From Eledone cirrhosa (lineage: Eukaryota), in contig OZ024741.1 in NCBI GenBank assembly GCA_964016885.1, positions 264,120,001-264,184,000 on the forward strand: a stretch of DNA of 64,000 bases, given 5' to 3'. A program made the translations under genes and the position numbers. Below are positions 1 through 15,000 of this stretch, piece after piece. The notes below the pieces were generated by a model. The model made no database searches and was not told the origin of the DNA. It saw only the letters and a list, made by a program, of their open reading frames with translations. The number at the start of each line of letters is the position of its first letter. Within the stretch, counting starts at the first letter, position 1.

Positions 1-3000
1 GACACAGATCCCCTTTTAACTCTCCAGCCATTGGCCAACTGGGACCACCATGGTATATGAGTTCTGAGCTGGTATTTTACAGACACAGATCTTCTTTTAA
101 TTCTCCAGCCATTGACCAACTGGGACCACCATGATGTATGAGTACTGAGCTCGTATTTTACAGACACAGAGCTCCTTTTAACTCTCCAGCTATTGACCAA
201 CTGGGACCACCATGGTATATAAGTTCTGAGCTGGTATTTTACAGACACAGATCTCCTTTCAACTCTCCAGCCATTGACCAACTGTGACCACCATGATGTA
301 TGAATACTGAGCTGGTATTTTACAGTCTCAGAGCTTTTTTTAACTCTCCAGCTATTGACCAACTGGGACCACAATGGTATATAAGTTCTGAGCTGGTATT
401 TTACAGACACAGATCTCCTTTTAACTCTCCAGCCATTGACCAACTGGGACCACCATGATGTATGAGTACTGAGCTGGTATTTACAGACTCAGATCTCCTT
501 TTAACTTTCCAGCTATTGATCACCCAACTGGGAACTCCATGGTATATGAGTTCTGAGCTGGTATTTTACAGTCACAGATATGCTTTTGACTCTCCAGCCA
601 TTGACCAACGGGGACCACGATGGTATAAGAATTCTGAGCTGGTATTTTACAGACACAGATCTCCTTTTACCTCTCCAGCCATTGACCAACTGGGACCTCC
701 ATGGTGTATGAGTTCTTAGCTGGTATTTTACAGACAGATATCCTTTTAACTCTCCAGCCATTGACCAACTGGGACCACCATGATGTATGAGTACTGAGCT
801 GGTATTTTACAGACTCAGAGCTCCTTTTAACTCTCCAGCTATTGACCAACTGGGACCTCCGTGGTATATGAGTTCTGAGCTGGTATTTTACAGACACAGA
901 TCTCCTTTTAACTCTCCAGCCATTGACCAACAGGGACCACCATGGTGTATGAGTAATGAGGTGGTATTTTACAAACACAGATCTCGTTTTAACTCTCCAG
1001 CTATTGAACAACTGGGACCTCCATGGTGTATGAATACTGAGCTGGTATTTTACAGACTCAGATCTCCTTTTAACTCTCCAGCTATTGACCAACTGGGACC
1101 TCCATGGTATATGAGTTCTGATCTGGTATTTTACAGACACAGATCTCCTTTTAACTCTCCAGCCATTGACCAACTAGGACCACCATGGTGTATGAGTACT
1201 GAGGTGCTATTTTACAGACACAGATCTCCTTTTAACTCTCCAGCTAATGACCAACCGGGACCTCCATGGTATATGATTTCTGAGCTTGTATTTTACAGAC
1301 ACAGATCTCCTTTTAACTCTCCAGCTATAGACCAACTGGGACCACCATGATGTATGAGTACTGAGCTGGTATTTTACAGACACAGAGCTCCTTTTAACTC
1401 TCCAGCTATTGACCAACTGGGACCACCATGGTATATAAGTTCTGAGCTGGTATTTTACAGACACAGATCTCCTTTCAACTCTCCAGCCATTGACCAACTG
1501 TGACCACCATGATGTATGAGTATTGAGCTGGTAATTTACAGACACAAAGCTCCTTTTAACTCTCCAGCTATTGACCAACTGGGACCACCATGGTATATAA
1601 GTTCTGAGCTGGTATTTTACAGACACAGATCTCCTTTCAACTCTCCAGCCATTGACCAATTGTGACCACCATGATGTATGAGTACTGAGCTGGTATTTTA
1701 CAGTCTCAGAGCTTTTTTTAACTCTCCAGCTATTGACCAACTGGGACCACCATGGTATATAAGTTCTGAGCTGGTATTTTACAGACACATATCTCCTTTT
1801 AACTCTCCAGCCATTGACCAACTGGTACCACCATGATGTATGAGTACTGAGCTGGTATTTACAGACAGAGATCTCCTTTTAACTCTCCAGCTATTGACCA
1901 ACTGGGACCTCCATGTTATATGAGTTCTAAGCTGGTACTTTACGGAAACAGATCTCCTTTTAACTCTCCAGCCATTGACCAACTGGGACCACCATGATGT
2001 ATGTGTACTGAGCTGGTATTTTACAGACTCAGATCTCCTTTTAACTTTCCAGCTATTGATCACCCAACTGGGAACTCCATGGTATATGAGTTCTGAGCTG
2101 GTATTTTACAGACACAGATATGCTTTTAACTCTCCAGCTATTGACCATCTGGGACAACCGTGGTGTATGAGTACTGAGCTGGTATTCTACAGACACAGAT
2201 CTCCTTTTAACTCTCCAGCCATTGACCAACTGGGACCTCCATGGTGTATGAGTACTGAGCTGATATTTTACAGACACAGATCTCCTTTAAACTCTCCAGC
2301 TATTGACCAACTGGGACCTCCATCGTATATGAGTTCTGAGCTGGTATTTTACAGACACAGATCTTCTTTTAATTCTCCAGCCATTGACCAACTGGGAGCA
2401 CCATGGTGTATGAGTACTGAGCTGGTATTTTACATACACAGCTCTCCTTTTAACTCTCCAGCTATTGACCAACTGGGACCTCCATGGTATATGAGTTCTG
2501 AGCTGGTATTTTACAGACACAGATCTCCTTTTAACTCTCCAGCCATTGGCCAACTGGGACCACCATGGTATATGAGTTCTGAGCTGGTATTTTACAGACA
2601 CAGATCTCCTTTTAACTCTCCAGCCATTGGCCAACTGGGACCACCATGGTATATGAGTTCTGAGCTGGTATTTTACAGACACAGATCTTCTTTTAATTCT
2701 CCAGCCATTGACCAACTGGGACCACCATGATGTATGAGTACTGAGCTGGTATTTTACAGACACAGAGCTCCTTTTAACTTTCCAGCTATTGACCAACTGG
2801 GACCACCATGGTATATAAGTTCTGAGCTGGTATTTTACAGACACAGATCTCCTTTCAACTCTCCAGCCATTGACCAACTGTGACCACCATGATGTATGAG
2901 TACTGAGCTGGTATTTTACAGTCTCAGAGCTTTTTTTAACTCTGCAGCTATTGACCAACTGGGACCACCATGGTATGTAAGTTCTGAACTGGTATTTTAC

Positions 3001-6000
3001 AGACACAGATCTCCTTTTAACTCTCCAGCCATTGACCAACTGGGACCACCATGATGTATGAGTACTGAGCTGGTATTTACAGACTCAGATCTCCTTTTAA
3101 CTTTCCAGCTATTGATCACCCAACTGGGAACTCCATGGTATATGAGTTCTGATCTGGTATTTTACAGACACAGATCTCCTTTTAACTCTCCAGCCATTGA
3201 CCAACTAGGACCACCATGGTGTATGAGTACTGAGGTGCTATTTTACAGACACAGATCTCCTTTTAACTCTCGAGCTATTGACCAACTGGGACCTCCATGG
3301 TATATGATTTCTGAGCCTGTATTTTACAGACACCGATCTCCTTTTAACTCTCCAGCCATTGGCCAACTGGGACCACCATGGTATATGAGTTCTGAGCTGG
3401 TATTTTACAGACACAGATATGCTTTTAACTCTCCAGCCATTGACCAACTGGGACCACGATGGTATAAGAATTCTGAGCTGGTATTTTACAGACACAGATC
3501 TCCTTTTACCTCTCCAGCCATTGACCAACTGGGACCTCCATGGTGTATGAGTTCTTAGCTGGTATTTTACAGACAGATATCCTTTTAACTCTCCAGCCAT
3601 TGACCAACTGGGACCACCATGATGTATGAGTACTGAGCTCTTATTTTACAGACTCAGAGCTCCTTTTAACTCTCCAGCTATTGACCAACTGGGACCTCCG
3701 TGGTATATGAGTTCTGAGCTGGTATTTTACAGACACAGATCTCCTTTTAACTCTCCAGCTATTGACCAACTGGGACCTCCATGGTATATGAGTTCTGATC
3801 TGGTATTTTACAGACACAGATCTCCTTTTAACTCTCCAGCCATTGACCAACTAGGACCACCATGGTGTATGGGTACTGAGGTGCTATTTTACAGACACAG
3901 ATCTCCTTTTAACTCTCCAGCTATTGACCAACTGGGACCTCCATGGTATATGATTTCTGAGCTTGTATTTTACAGACACAGATCTCCTTTTAACTCTCCA
4001 GCCATTGGCCAACTGGGACCACCATGGTATATGAGTTCTGAGCTGGTATTTTACAGACACAGATCTCCTTTTAACTCTCCAGCCATTGACTAACTGGGAC
4101 CACCATGGTGTATGAGTACTTTGGTGGTATTTTACAGACACAGATCTCCTTTTAACTCTCCAGCTATAGACCAACTGGGACCACCATGATGTATGAGTAC
4201 TGAGCTGGTATTTTACAGACACAGAGCTCCTTTTAACTCTCCAGCTATTGACCAACTGGGACCACCATGGTATATAAGTTCTGAGCTGGTATTTTACAGA
4301 CACAGATCTCCTTTCAACTCTCCAGCCATTGACCAACTGTGACCACCATGATGTATGAGTATTGAGCTGGTAATTTACAGACACAAAGCTCCTTTTAACT
4401 CTCCAGCTATTGACCAACTGGGACCACCATGGTATATAAGTTCTGAGCTGGTATTTTACAGACACAGATCTCCTTTCAACTCTCCAGCCATTGACCAATT
4501 GTGACCACCATGATGTATGAGTACTGAGCTGGTATTTTACAGTCTCAGAGCTTTTTTTAACTCTCCAGCTATTGACCAACTGGGACCACCATGGTATATA
4601 AGTTCTGAGCTGGTATTTTACAGACACATATCTCCTTTTAACTCTCCAGCCATTGACCAACTGGTACCACCATGATGTATGAGTACTGAGCTGGTATTTA
4701 CAGACAGAGATCTCCTTTTAACTCTCCAGCTATTGACCAACTGGGACCTCCATGTTATATGAGTTCTAAGCTGGTACTTTACGGAAACAGATCTCCTTTT
4801 AACTCTCCAGCCATTGACCAACTGGGACCACCATGATGTATGTGTACTGAGCTGGTATTTTACAGACTCAGATCTCCTTTTAACTTTCCAGCTATTGATC
4901 ACCCAACTGGGAACTCCATGGTATATGAGTTCTGAGCTGGTATTTTACAGACACAGATATGCTTTTAACTCTCCAGCTATTGACCATCTGGGACAACCGT
5001 GGTGTATGAGTACTGAGCTGGTATTTTACAGACACAGATCTCCTTTTAACTCTCCAGCCATTGACCAACTGGGACCTCCATGGTGTATGAGTACTGAGCT
5101 GATATTTTACAGACACAGATCTCCTTTAAACTCTCCAGCTATTGACCAACTGGGACCTCCATGGTATATGAGTTCTGAGCTGGTATTTTACAGACACAGA
5201 TCTTCTTTTAATTCTCCAGCCATTGACCAACTGGGAGCACCATGGTGTATGAGTACTGAGCTGGTATTTTACATACACAGCTCTCCTTTTAACTCTCCAG
5301 CTATTGACCAACTGGGACCTCCATGGTATATGAATTCTGAGCTGGTATTTTACAGACACAGATCTCCTTTTAACTCTCCAGCCATTGGCCAACTGGGACC
5401 ACCATGGTATATGAGTTCTGAGCTGGTATTTTACAGACACAGATCTCCTTTTAACTCTCCAGCCATTGGCCAACTGGGACCACCATGGTATATGAGTTCT
5501 GAGCTGGTATTTTACAGACACAGATCTTCTTTTAATTCTCCAGCCATTGACCAACTGGGACCACCATGATGTATGAGTACTGAGCTGGTATTTTACAGAC
5601 ACAGAGCTCCTTTTAACTTTCCAGCTATTGACCAACTGGGACCACCATGGTATATAAGTTCTGAGCTGGTATTTTACAGACACAGATCTCCTTTCAACTC
5701 TCCAGCCATTGACCAACTGTGACCACCATGATGTATGAGTACTGAGCTGGTATTTTACAGTCTCAGAGCTTTTTTTAACTCTGCAGCTATTGACCAACTG
5801 GGACCACCATGGTATGTAAGTTCTGAACTGGTATTTTACAGACACAGATCTCCTTTTAACTCTCCAGCCATTGACCAACTGGGACCACCATGATGTATGA
5901 GTACTGAGCTGGTATTTACAGACTCAGATCTCCTTTTAACTTTCCAGCTATTGATCACCCAACTGGGAACTCCATGGTATATTAGTTCTGATCTGGTATT

Positions 6001-9000
6001 TTACAGACACAGATCTCCTTTTAACTCTCCAGCCATTGACCAACTAGGACCACCATGGTGTATGAGTACTGAGGTGCTATTTTACAGACACAGATCTCCT
6101 TTTAACTCTCGAGCTATTGACCAACTGGGACCTCCATGGTATATGATTTCTGAGCCTGTATTTTACAGACACCGATCTCCTTTTAACTCTCCAGCCATTG
6201 GCCAACTGGGACCACCATGGTATATGAGTTCTGAGCTGGTATTTTACAGACACAGATATGCTTTTAACTCTCCAGCCATTGACCAACTGGGACCACGATG
6301 GTATAAGAATTCTGAGCTGGTATTTTACAGACACAGATCTCCTTTTACCTCTCCAGCCATTGACCAACTGGGACCTCCATGGTGTATGAGTTCTTAGCTG
6401 GTATTTTACAGACAGATATCCTTTTAACTCTCCAGCCATTGACCAACTGGGACCACCATGATGTATGAGTACTGAGCTCTTATTTTACAGACTCAGAGCT
6501 CCTTTTAACTCTCCAGCTATTGACCAACTGGGACCTCCGTGGTATATGAGTTCTGAGCTGGTATTTTACAGACACAGATCTCCTTTTAACTCTCCAGCTA
6601 TTGACCAACTGGGACCTCCATGGTATATGAGTTCTGATCTGGTATTTTACAGACACAGATCTCCTTTTAACTCTCCAGCCATTGACCAACTAGGACCACC
6701 ATGGTGTATGGGTACTGAGGTGCTATTTTACAGACACAGATCTCCTTTTAACTCTCGAGCTATTGACCAACTGGGACCTCCATGGTATATGATTTCTGAG
6801 CTTGTATTTTACAGACACAGATCTCCTTTTAACTCTCCAGCCATTGGCCAACTGGGACCACCATGGTATATGAGTTCTGAGCTGGTATTTTACAGACACA
6901 GATCTCCTTTTAACTCTCCAGCCATTGACTAACTGGGACCACCATGGTGTATGAGTACTTTGGTGGTATTTTACAGACACAGATCTCCTTTTAACTCTCC
7001 AGCTATTGACCAACTGGGACCTCCATGGTGTATGAGTTCTGAGCTCGTATTTTACAGACTCAGAGCTCCTTTTAACTCTCCAGCTATTGACCAACTGGGA
7101 CCACCATGGTATATAAGTTCTGAGCTGGTATTTTACAGACACAGATCTCCTTTTAACTCTCCAGCCATTGACCAACTGGGACCACCATGGTGTATGAGTA
7201 ATGAGGTGGTATTTTAGAGGCACATATCTCCTTTTAACTCTCCAGCCATTGACCAACTGGGACCACCATGGTATATGAGTTCTGAGCTGGTATTTTACAG
7301 ACACAGATCTCCTTTTAACTCTCCAGCCATTGACTAACTGGGACCACCATGGTGTATGAGTACTTTCGTGGTATTTTACAGACACAGATCTCCTTTTAAC
7401 TCTCCAGCTATTGACCAACTGGGACCTCCATGGTGTATGAGTTCTGAGCTCGTATTTTACAGACTCAGAGCTCCTTTTAACTCTCCAGCTATTGACCAAC
7501 TGGGACCTCCGTGGTATATGAGTTCTGAGCTGGTATTTTACAGACACAGATCTCCTTTTAACTCTCCAGCCATTGACCAACAGGGACCACCATGGTGTAT
7601 GAGTAATGAGGTGGTATTTTACAAACACAGATCTCGTTTTAACTCTCCAGCTATTGAACAACTGGGACCTCCATGGTGTATGAATACTGAGCTGGTATTT
7701 TACAGACTCAGATCTCCTTTTAACTCTCCAGCTATTGACCAACTGGGACCTCCATGGTATATGAGTTCTGATCTGGTATTTTACAGACACAGATCTCCTT
7801 TTAACTCTCCAGCCATTGACCAACTAGGACCACCATGGTGTATGAGTACTGAGGTGCTATTTTACAGACACAGATCTCCTTTTAACTCTCCAGCTAATGA
7901 CCAACCGGGACCTCCATGGTATATGATTTCTGAGCTTGTATTTTACAGACACAGATCTCCTTTTAACTCTCCAGCTATAGACCAACTGGGACCACCATGA
8001 TGTATGAGTACTGAGCTGGTATTTTACAGACACAGAGCTCCTTTTAACTCTCCAGCTATTGACCAACTGGGACCACCATGGTATATAAGTTCTGAGCTGG
8101 TATTTTACAGACACAGATCTCCTTTCAACTCTCCAGCCATTGACCAACTGTGACCACCATGATGTATGAGTATTGAGCTGGTAATTTACAGACACAAAGC
8201 TCCTTTTAACTCTCCAGCTATTGACCAACTGGGACCACCATGGTATATAAGTTCTGAGCTGGTATTTTACAGACACAGATCTCCTTTCAACTCTCCAGCC
8301 ATTGACCAATTGTGACCACCATGATGTATGAGTACTGAGCTGGTATTTTACAGTCTCAGAGCTTTTTTTAACTCTCCAGCTATTGACCAACTGGGACCAC
8401 CATGGTATATAAGTTCTGAGCTGGTATTTTACAGACACATATCTCCTTTTAACTCTCCAGCCATTGACCAACTGGTACCACCATGATGTATGAGTACTGA
8501 GCTGGTATTTACAGACAGAGATCTCCTTTTAACTCTCCAGCTATTGACCAACTGGGACCTCCATGTTATATGAGTTCTAAGCTGGTACTTTACGGAAACA
8601 GATCTCCTTTTAACTCTCCAGCCATTGACCAACTGGGACCACCATGATGTATGTGTACTGAGCTGGTATTTTACAGACTCAGATCTCCTTTTAACTTTCC
8701 AGCTATTGATCACCCAACTGGGAACTCCATGGTATATGAGTTCTGAGCTGGTATTTTACAGACACAGATATGCTTTTAACTCTCCAGCTATTGACCATCT
8801 GGGACAACCGTGGTGTATGAGTACTGAGCTGGTATTTTACAGACACAGATCTCCTTTTAACTCTCCAGCCATTGACCAACTGGGACCTCCATGGTGTATG
8901 AGTACTGAGCTGATATTTTACAGACACAGATCTCCTTTAAACTCTCCAGCTATTGACCAACTGGGACCTCCATGGTATATGAGTTCTGAGCTGGTATTTT

Positions 9001-12000
9001 ACAGACACAGATCTTCTTTTAATTCTCCAGCCATTGACCAACTGGGAGCACCATGGTGTATGAGTACTGAGCTGGTATTTTACATACACAGCTCTCCTTT
9101 TAACTCTCCAGCTATTGACCAACTGGGACCTCCATGGTATATGAGTTCTGAGCTGGTATTTTACAGACACAGATCTCCTTTTAACTCTCCAGCCATTGGC
9201 CAACTGGGACCACCATGGTATATGAGTTCTGAGCTGGTATTTTACAGACACAGATCTCCTTTTAACTCTCCAGCCATTGGCCAACTGGGACCACCATGGT
9301 ATATGAGTTCTGAGCTGGTATTTTACAGACACAGATCTTCTTTTAATTCTCCAGCCATTGACCAACTGGGACCACCATGATGTATGAGTACTGAGCTGGT
9401 ATTTTACAGACACAGAGCTCCTTTTAACTTTCCAGCTATTGACCAACTGGGACCACCATGGTATATAAGTTCTGAGCTGGTATTTTACAGACACAGATCT
9501 CCTTTCAACTCTCCAGCCATTGACCAACTGTGACCACCATGATGTATGAGTACTGAGCTGGTATTTTACAGTCTCAGAGCTTTTTTTAACTCTGCAGCTA
9601 TTGACCAACTGGGACCACCATGGTATGTAAGTTCTGAACTGGTATTTTACAGACACAGATCTCCTTTTAACTCTCCAGCCATTGACCAACTGGGACCACC
9701 ATGATGTATGAGTACTGAGCTGGTATTTACAGACTCAGATCTCCTTTTAACTTTCCAGCTATTGATCACCCAACTGGGAACTCCATGGTATATGAGTTCT
9801 GATCTGGTATTTTACAGACACAGATCTCCTTTTAACTCTCCAGCCATTGACCAACTAGGACCACCATGGTGTATGAGTACTGAGGTGCTATTTTACAGAC
9901 ACAGATCTCCTTTTAACTCTCGAGCTATTGACCAACTGGGACCTCCATGGTATATGATTTCTGAGCCTGTATTTTACAGACACCGATCTCCTTTTAACTC
10001 TCCAGCCATTGGCCAACTGGGACCACCATGGTATATGAGTTCTGAGCTGGTATTTTACAGACACAGATATGCTTTTAACTCTCCAGCCATTGACCAACTG
10101 GGACCACGATGGTATAAGAATTCTGAGCTGGTATTTTACAGACACAGATCTCCTTTTACCTCTCCAGCCATTGACCAACTGGGACCTCCATGGTGTATGA
10201 GTTCTTAGCTGGTATTTTACAGACAGATATCCTTTTAACTCTCCAGCCATTGACCAACTGGGACCACCATGATGTATGAGTACTGAGCTCTTATTTTACA
10301 GACTCAGATCTCCTTTTAAGTCTCCAGCCATTGACCAAATGGGAACACCATGATGTATGAGTATTGAGCTGGTATTTTACAGACTCAGATCTCCTTTTAA
10401 CTCTCCAGCTATTGACCAACTGGGACCTCCATGGTATATGAGTTCTGATCTGGTATTTTACAGACACAGATCTCCTTTTAACTCTCCAGCCATTGACCAA
10501 CTGGGACCACCATGGTATATGAGTTCTGAGCTGGTATTTTACAGACACAGATCTCCTTTTAACTCTCCAGCTATTGACCAACTGGGACCTCCATGGTATA
10601 CGAGTTCTTAGATGGTATTTTACAGACACAGATCTCCTTTTTACTCTCCAGCCATTGACCAACTGGGACCACCATGATGTATGAGTACTGAGCTGGTATT
10701 TTACAGACACAGATCTCCTTTTAACTCTCCAGCCATTGACCAACTGGGACCACCATGGTGTATGAGTACTTTGGTGGTATTTTACAGACACAGATCTCCT
10801 TTTAACTCTCCAGCTATTGACCAACTGGGACCTCCATGGTGTATGAGTTCTGAGCTCGTATTTTACAGACTCAGAGCTCCTTTTAACTCTCCAGCTATTG
10901 ACCAACTGGGACCACCATGGTATATAAGTTCTGAGCTGGTATTTTACAGACACAGATCTCCTTTTAACTCTCCAGCCATTGACCAACTGGGACCACCATG
11001 GTGTATGAGTAATGAGGTGGTATTTTAGAGGCACATATCTCCTTTTAACTCTCCAGCCATTGACCAACTGGGACCACCATGATGTATGAGTACTGAGCTG
11101 GTATTTTACAGATTCAGATCTCCTTTTAATTTTCCAGCTATTGACCAACTGGGAACTCCATGGTATATGAGTTCTGAGCTGGTATTTTACAGACACAGAT
11201 ATGCTTTTAACCCTCCAGCCATTGACCAACTGGGACCACGATGGTATAAGAATTCTGAGCTGGTATTTTACAGACACAGATCTCCTTTTACCTCTCCAGC
11301 CATTGAGCAACTGGGACCTCCATGGTGTATGAGTTCTTAGCTGGTATTTTACAGACACAGATATCCTCTTAACTCTCCAGCCATTGACCAACTGGGACCA
11401 CCATGATGTATGAGTACTGAGCTGGTATTTTACAGACTCAGAGCTCCTTTTAACTCTCCAGCTATTAACCAACTAGGACCTCCGTGGTATATGAGTTCTG
11501 AGCTGGTATTTTACAGACACAGATCTCCTTTTAACTCTCCAGCCATTGACCAACAGGGACCACCATGGTGTATGAGTATTGAGGTGCTATTTTACAAACA
11601 CAGATCTCATTTTAACTCTCCAGCCATTGACCAACAGGGACCACCATTGTGTATGAGTACTGAGGTGTTATTTTACAGACACAGATCTCCTTTTAACTCT
11701 CCAGCCATTGACCAACTTGGACCTCCAAGGTGTATGAATACTGAGCTGGTATTTTACAGACTCAGATCTCCTTTTAAGTCTCCAGCCATTGACCAAATGG
11801 GAACACCATGATGTATGAGTATTGAGCTGGTATTTTACAGACTCAGATCTCCTTTTAACTCTCCAGCTATTGACCAACTGGGACCTCCATGGTATATGAG
11901 TTCTGATCTGGTATTTTACAGACACAGATCTCCTTTTAACTCTCCAGCCATTGACCAACTGGGACCACCATGGTATATGAGTTCTGAGCTGGTATTTTAC

Positions 12001-15000
12001 AGACACAGATCTCCTTTTAACTCTCCAGCTATTGACCAACTGGGACCTCCATGGTATACGAGTTCTTAGATGGTATTTTACAGACACAGATCTCCTTTTT
12101 ACTCTCCAGCCATTGACCAACTGGGACCACCATGATGTATGAGTACTGAGCTGGTATTTTACAGACTCAGATCTCCTTTTAACTCTCCAGCCATTGACCA
12201 ACTGGGACCTCCATGGTATATGAGTTCTGATCTGGTATTTTACAGACACAGATCTCCTTTTAACTCTCCAGCCATTGACCAGCTGGGACCTCCAAGGTAT
12301 ATGAGTTCTGAGCTGGTATCTTACAGACACAGATCTCCTTTTAACTCTCCAGCCATTGACCAACTGGGACCACCATGGTATATGAGTTCTGAGCTGGTAT
12401 CTTACAGACACAGATCTCCTTTTAACTCTCCAGCCATTGACCAACTGGGACCACCATGGTGTATGAGTTCTGAGTTGGTAATTCACAGACACAGCTCTCC
12501 TTTTAACTCTGCAGCTATTGACCAACTGGGACCTCCATGGTATATGAGTTCTGATCTGGTATTTTACAGACACAGATCTCCTTTTAACTCTCCAGCCATT
12601 GACCAACTGGGACCACCATGGTGTATGAGTACTGAGCTGGTATTTTACAGTCTCAGAGCTTTTTTTAACTCTCCAGCTATTGACCAACTGGGACCACCAT
12701 GGTATATAAGTTCTGAGCTGGTATTTTACAGACACAGATCTCCTTTTAACTCTCCAGCCATTGACCAACTGGAACCACCATGATGTATGAGTACTGAGCT
12801 GGTATTTACAGACTCAGATCTCCTTTTAACTTTCCAGCTATTGATCACCCAACTGGGAACTCCATGGTATATGAGTTCTGAGCTGGTATTTTACAGACAC
12901 AGATATGCTTTTAACTCTCCAGCCATTGACCAACTGGGACCACGATGGTATAAGAATTCTGAGCTGGTATTTTACAGACACAGATCTCCTTTTACCTCTC
13001 CAGCCATTGACCAACTGGGACCTCCATGGTGTATGAGTTCTTAGCTGGTATTTTACAGACACTGTTCTCCTTTTAACTCTCCAGCTATTGACCAACTGGG
13101 ACCTCCATGGCATATGAGTACTGAGCTGGTATTTACAGACTCAGATCTCCTTTTAACTTTCCAGCTATTGATCACCCAACTGGGAACTCCATGGTATATG
13201 AGTTCTGAGATGGTATTTTACAGACACAGAGCTCCTTTTAACTCTCCAGCCATTGACCAACTGGGACCACCATTGTATATGAGTTCTGAGCTGGTATCTT
13301 ACAGACACAGATCTCCTTTTAACTCTCCAGCCATTGACCAACAGGGACCACCATGGTGTATGAATACTGAGGTGGTATTTTACAAACACAGATCTCGTTT
13401 TAACTCTCCAGCTATTGACCAACTGGGACCTCCATGGTGTATGAATACTGAGCTGGTATTTTACAGACTCAGATCTCCTTTTAACTCTCCAGCTATTGAC
13501 CAAATGGGACCTCCATGGTATATGATTTCTGAGCTTGTATTTTACAGACTCAGATCTCCTTTTAACTCTCCAGCCATTGGCCAACTGGGACCACCATGGT
13601 ATATGAGTTCTGAGCTGGTATTTTACAGACACAGATCTCCTTTTAACTCTCCAGCCATTGACCAACTGGGACCACCATTGTGTATGAGTAATGAGGTGGT
13701 ATTTTACAGAAACAGATCTCCTTTTAACTCTTCATCTATTGACCAAATGTCACCTCCATGGTATATGAGTTCTGAGCTGGTATTTTACAGACACAGATCT
13801 CCCTTTAACTCTCCAGCAATTGACCAACTGGGACCACCATTGTGTATGAGTACTGAGCTGGTATTTTACAGACACAGATCTTCTTTTAACTCTCCAGCTA
13901 TTGACCAACTGGGACCTCCATGGTATATGAGTTCTGAGCTGGTATCTTACAGACACAGATCTCCTTTTAACTCTCCAGCTATTGACCAACTGGGACCACC
14001 ATGGTGTATGAGTACTTTGCTGGTATTTTACAGACACAGATCTCCTTTTAACTCTCCAGCTATTGACCAACTGGGACCACCATGATGTATGAGTACTGAG
14101 CTGGTATTTTACAGACTCAGAGCTCCTTTTAACTCTCCAGCTATTGACCAACTGGGACCACCATGGTATATAAGTTCTGAGCTGGTATTTTACAGACACA
14201 GATCTCCTTATAACTCTCCAGCCATTGACCAACTGGGACCACCATGGTGTATGAGTACTGAGGTGGTATTTTAGAGGCACATATCTCCTTTTAACTCTCC
14301 AGCCATTGACCAACTGGGACCACCATGATGTATGAGTACTGAGCTGGTATTTTACAGACTCAGATCTCCTTTTAATTTTCCAGCTATTGACCAACTGGGA
14401 ACTCCATGGTATATGAGTTCTGAGCTGGTATTTTACAGACACAGATATGCTTTTAACTCTCCAGCCGTTGACCAACTGGGACCACGATGGTATAAGAATT
14501 CTGAGCTGGTATTTTACAGACACAGATCTCCTTTTACCTCTCCAGCCATTGACCAACTGGGTCCTCCATGGTGTATGAGTTCTTAGCTGGTATTTTACAG
14601 ACACAGATATCCTCTTAACTCTCCAGCTATTGACCAACTGGGACCTCCATGGTATACGAGTTCTGAGCTGGTATTTTACAGACACAGATCTCCTTTTTAC
14701 TCTCCAGCCATTGACCAACTGGGACCACCATGATGTATGAGTACTGAGCTGGTATTTTACAGACTCAGATCTCCTTTTAACTCTCCAGCCATTGACCAAC
14801 TGGAACCTCCATGGTATATGAGTTCTGATCTGGTATTTTACAGACACAGATCTCCTTTTAACTCTCCAGCCATTGACCAGCTGGGACCTCCAAGGTATAT
14901 GAGTTCTGAGCTGGTATCTTACAGACACAGATCTCCTTTTAACTCTCCAGCCATTGACCAACTGGGACCACCATGGTATATGAGTTCTGAGGTGGTATCT

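Noticed and set aside
1-81. Hammerhead ribozyme within the satellite monomer
   Set aside because: Neither strand of the consensus has the CTGANGA and GAAA core.
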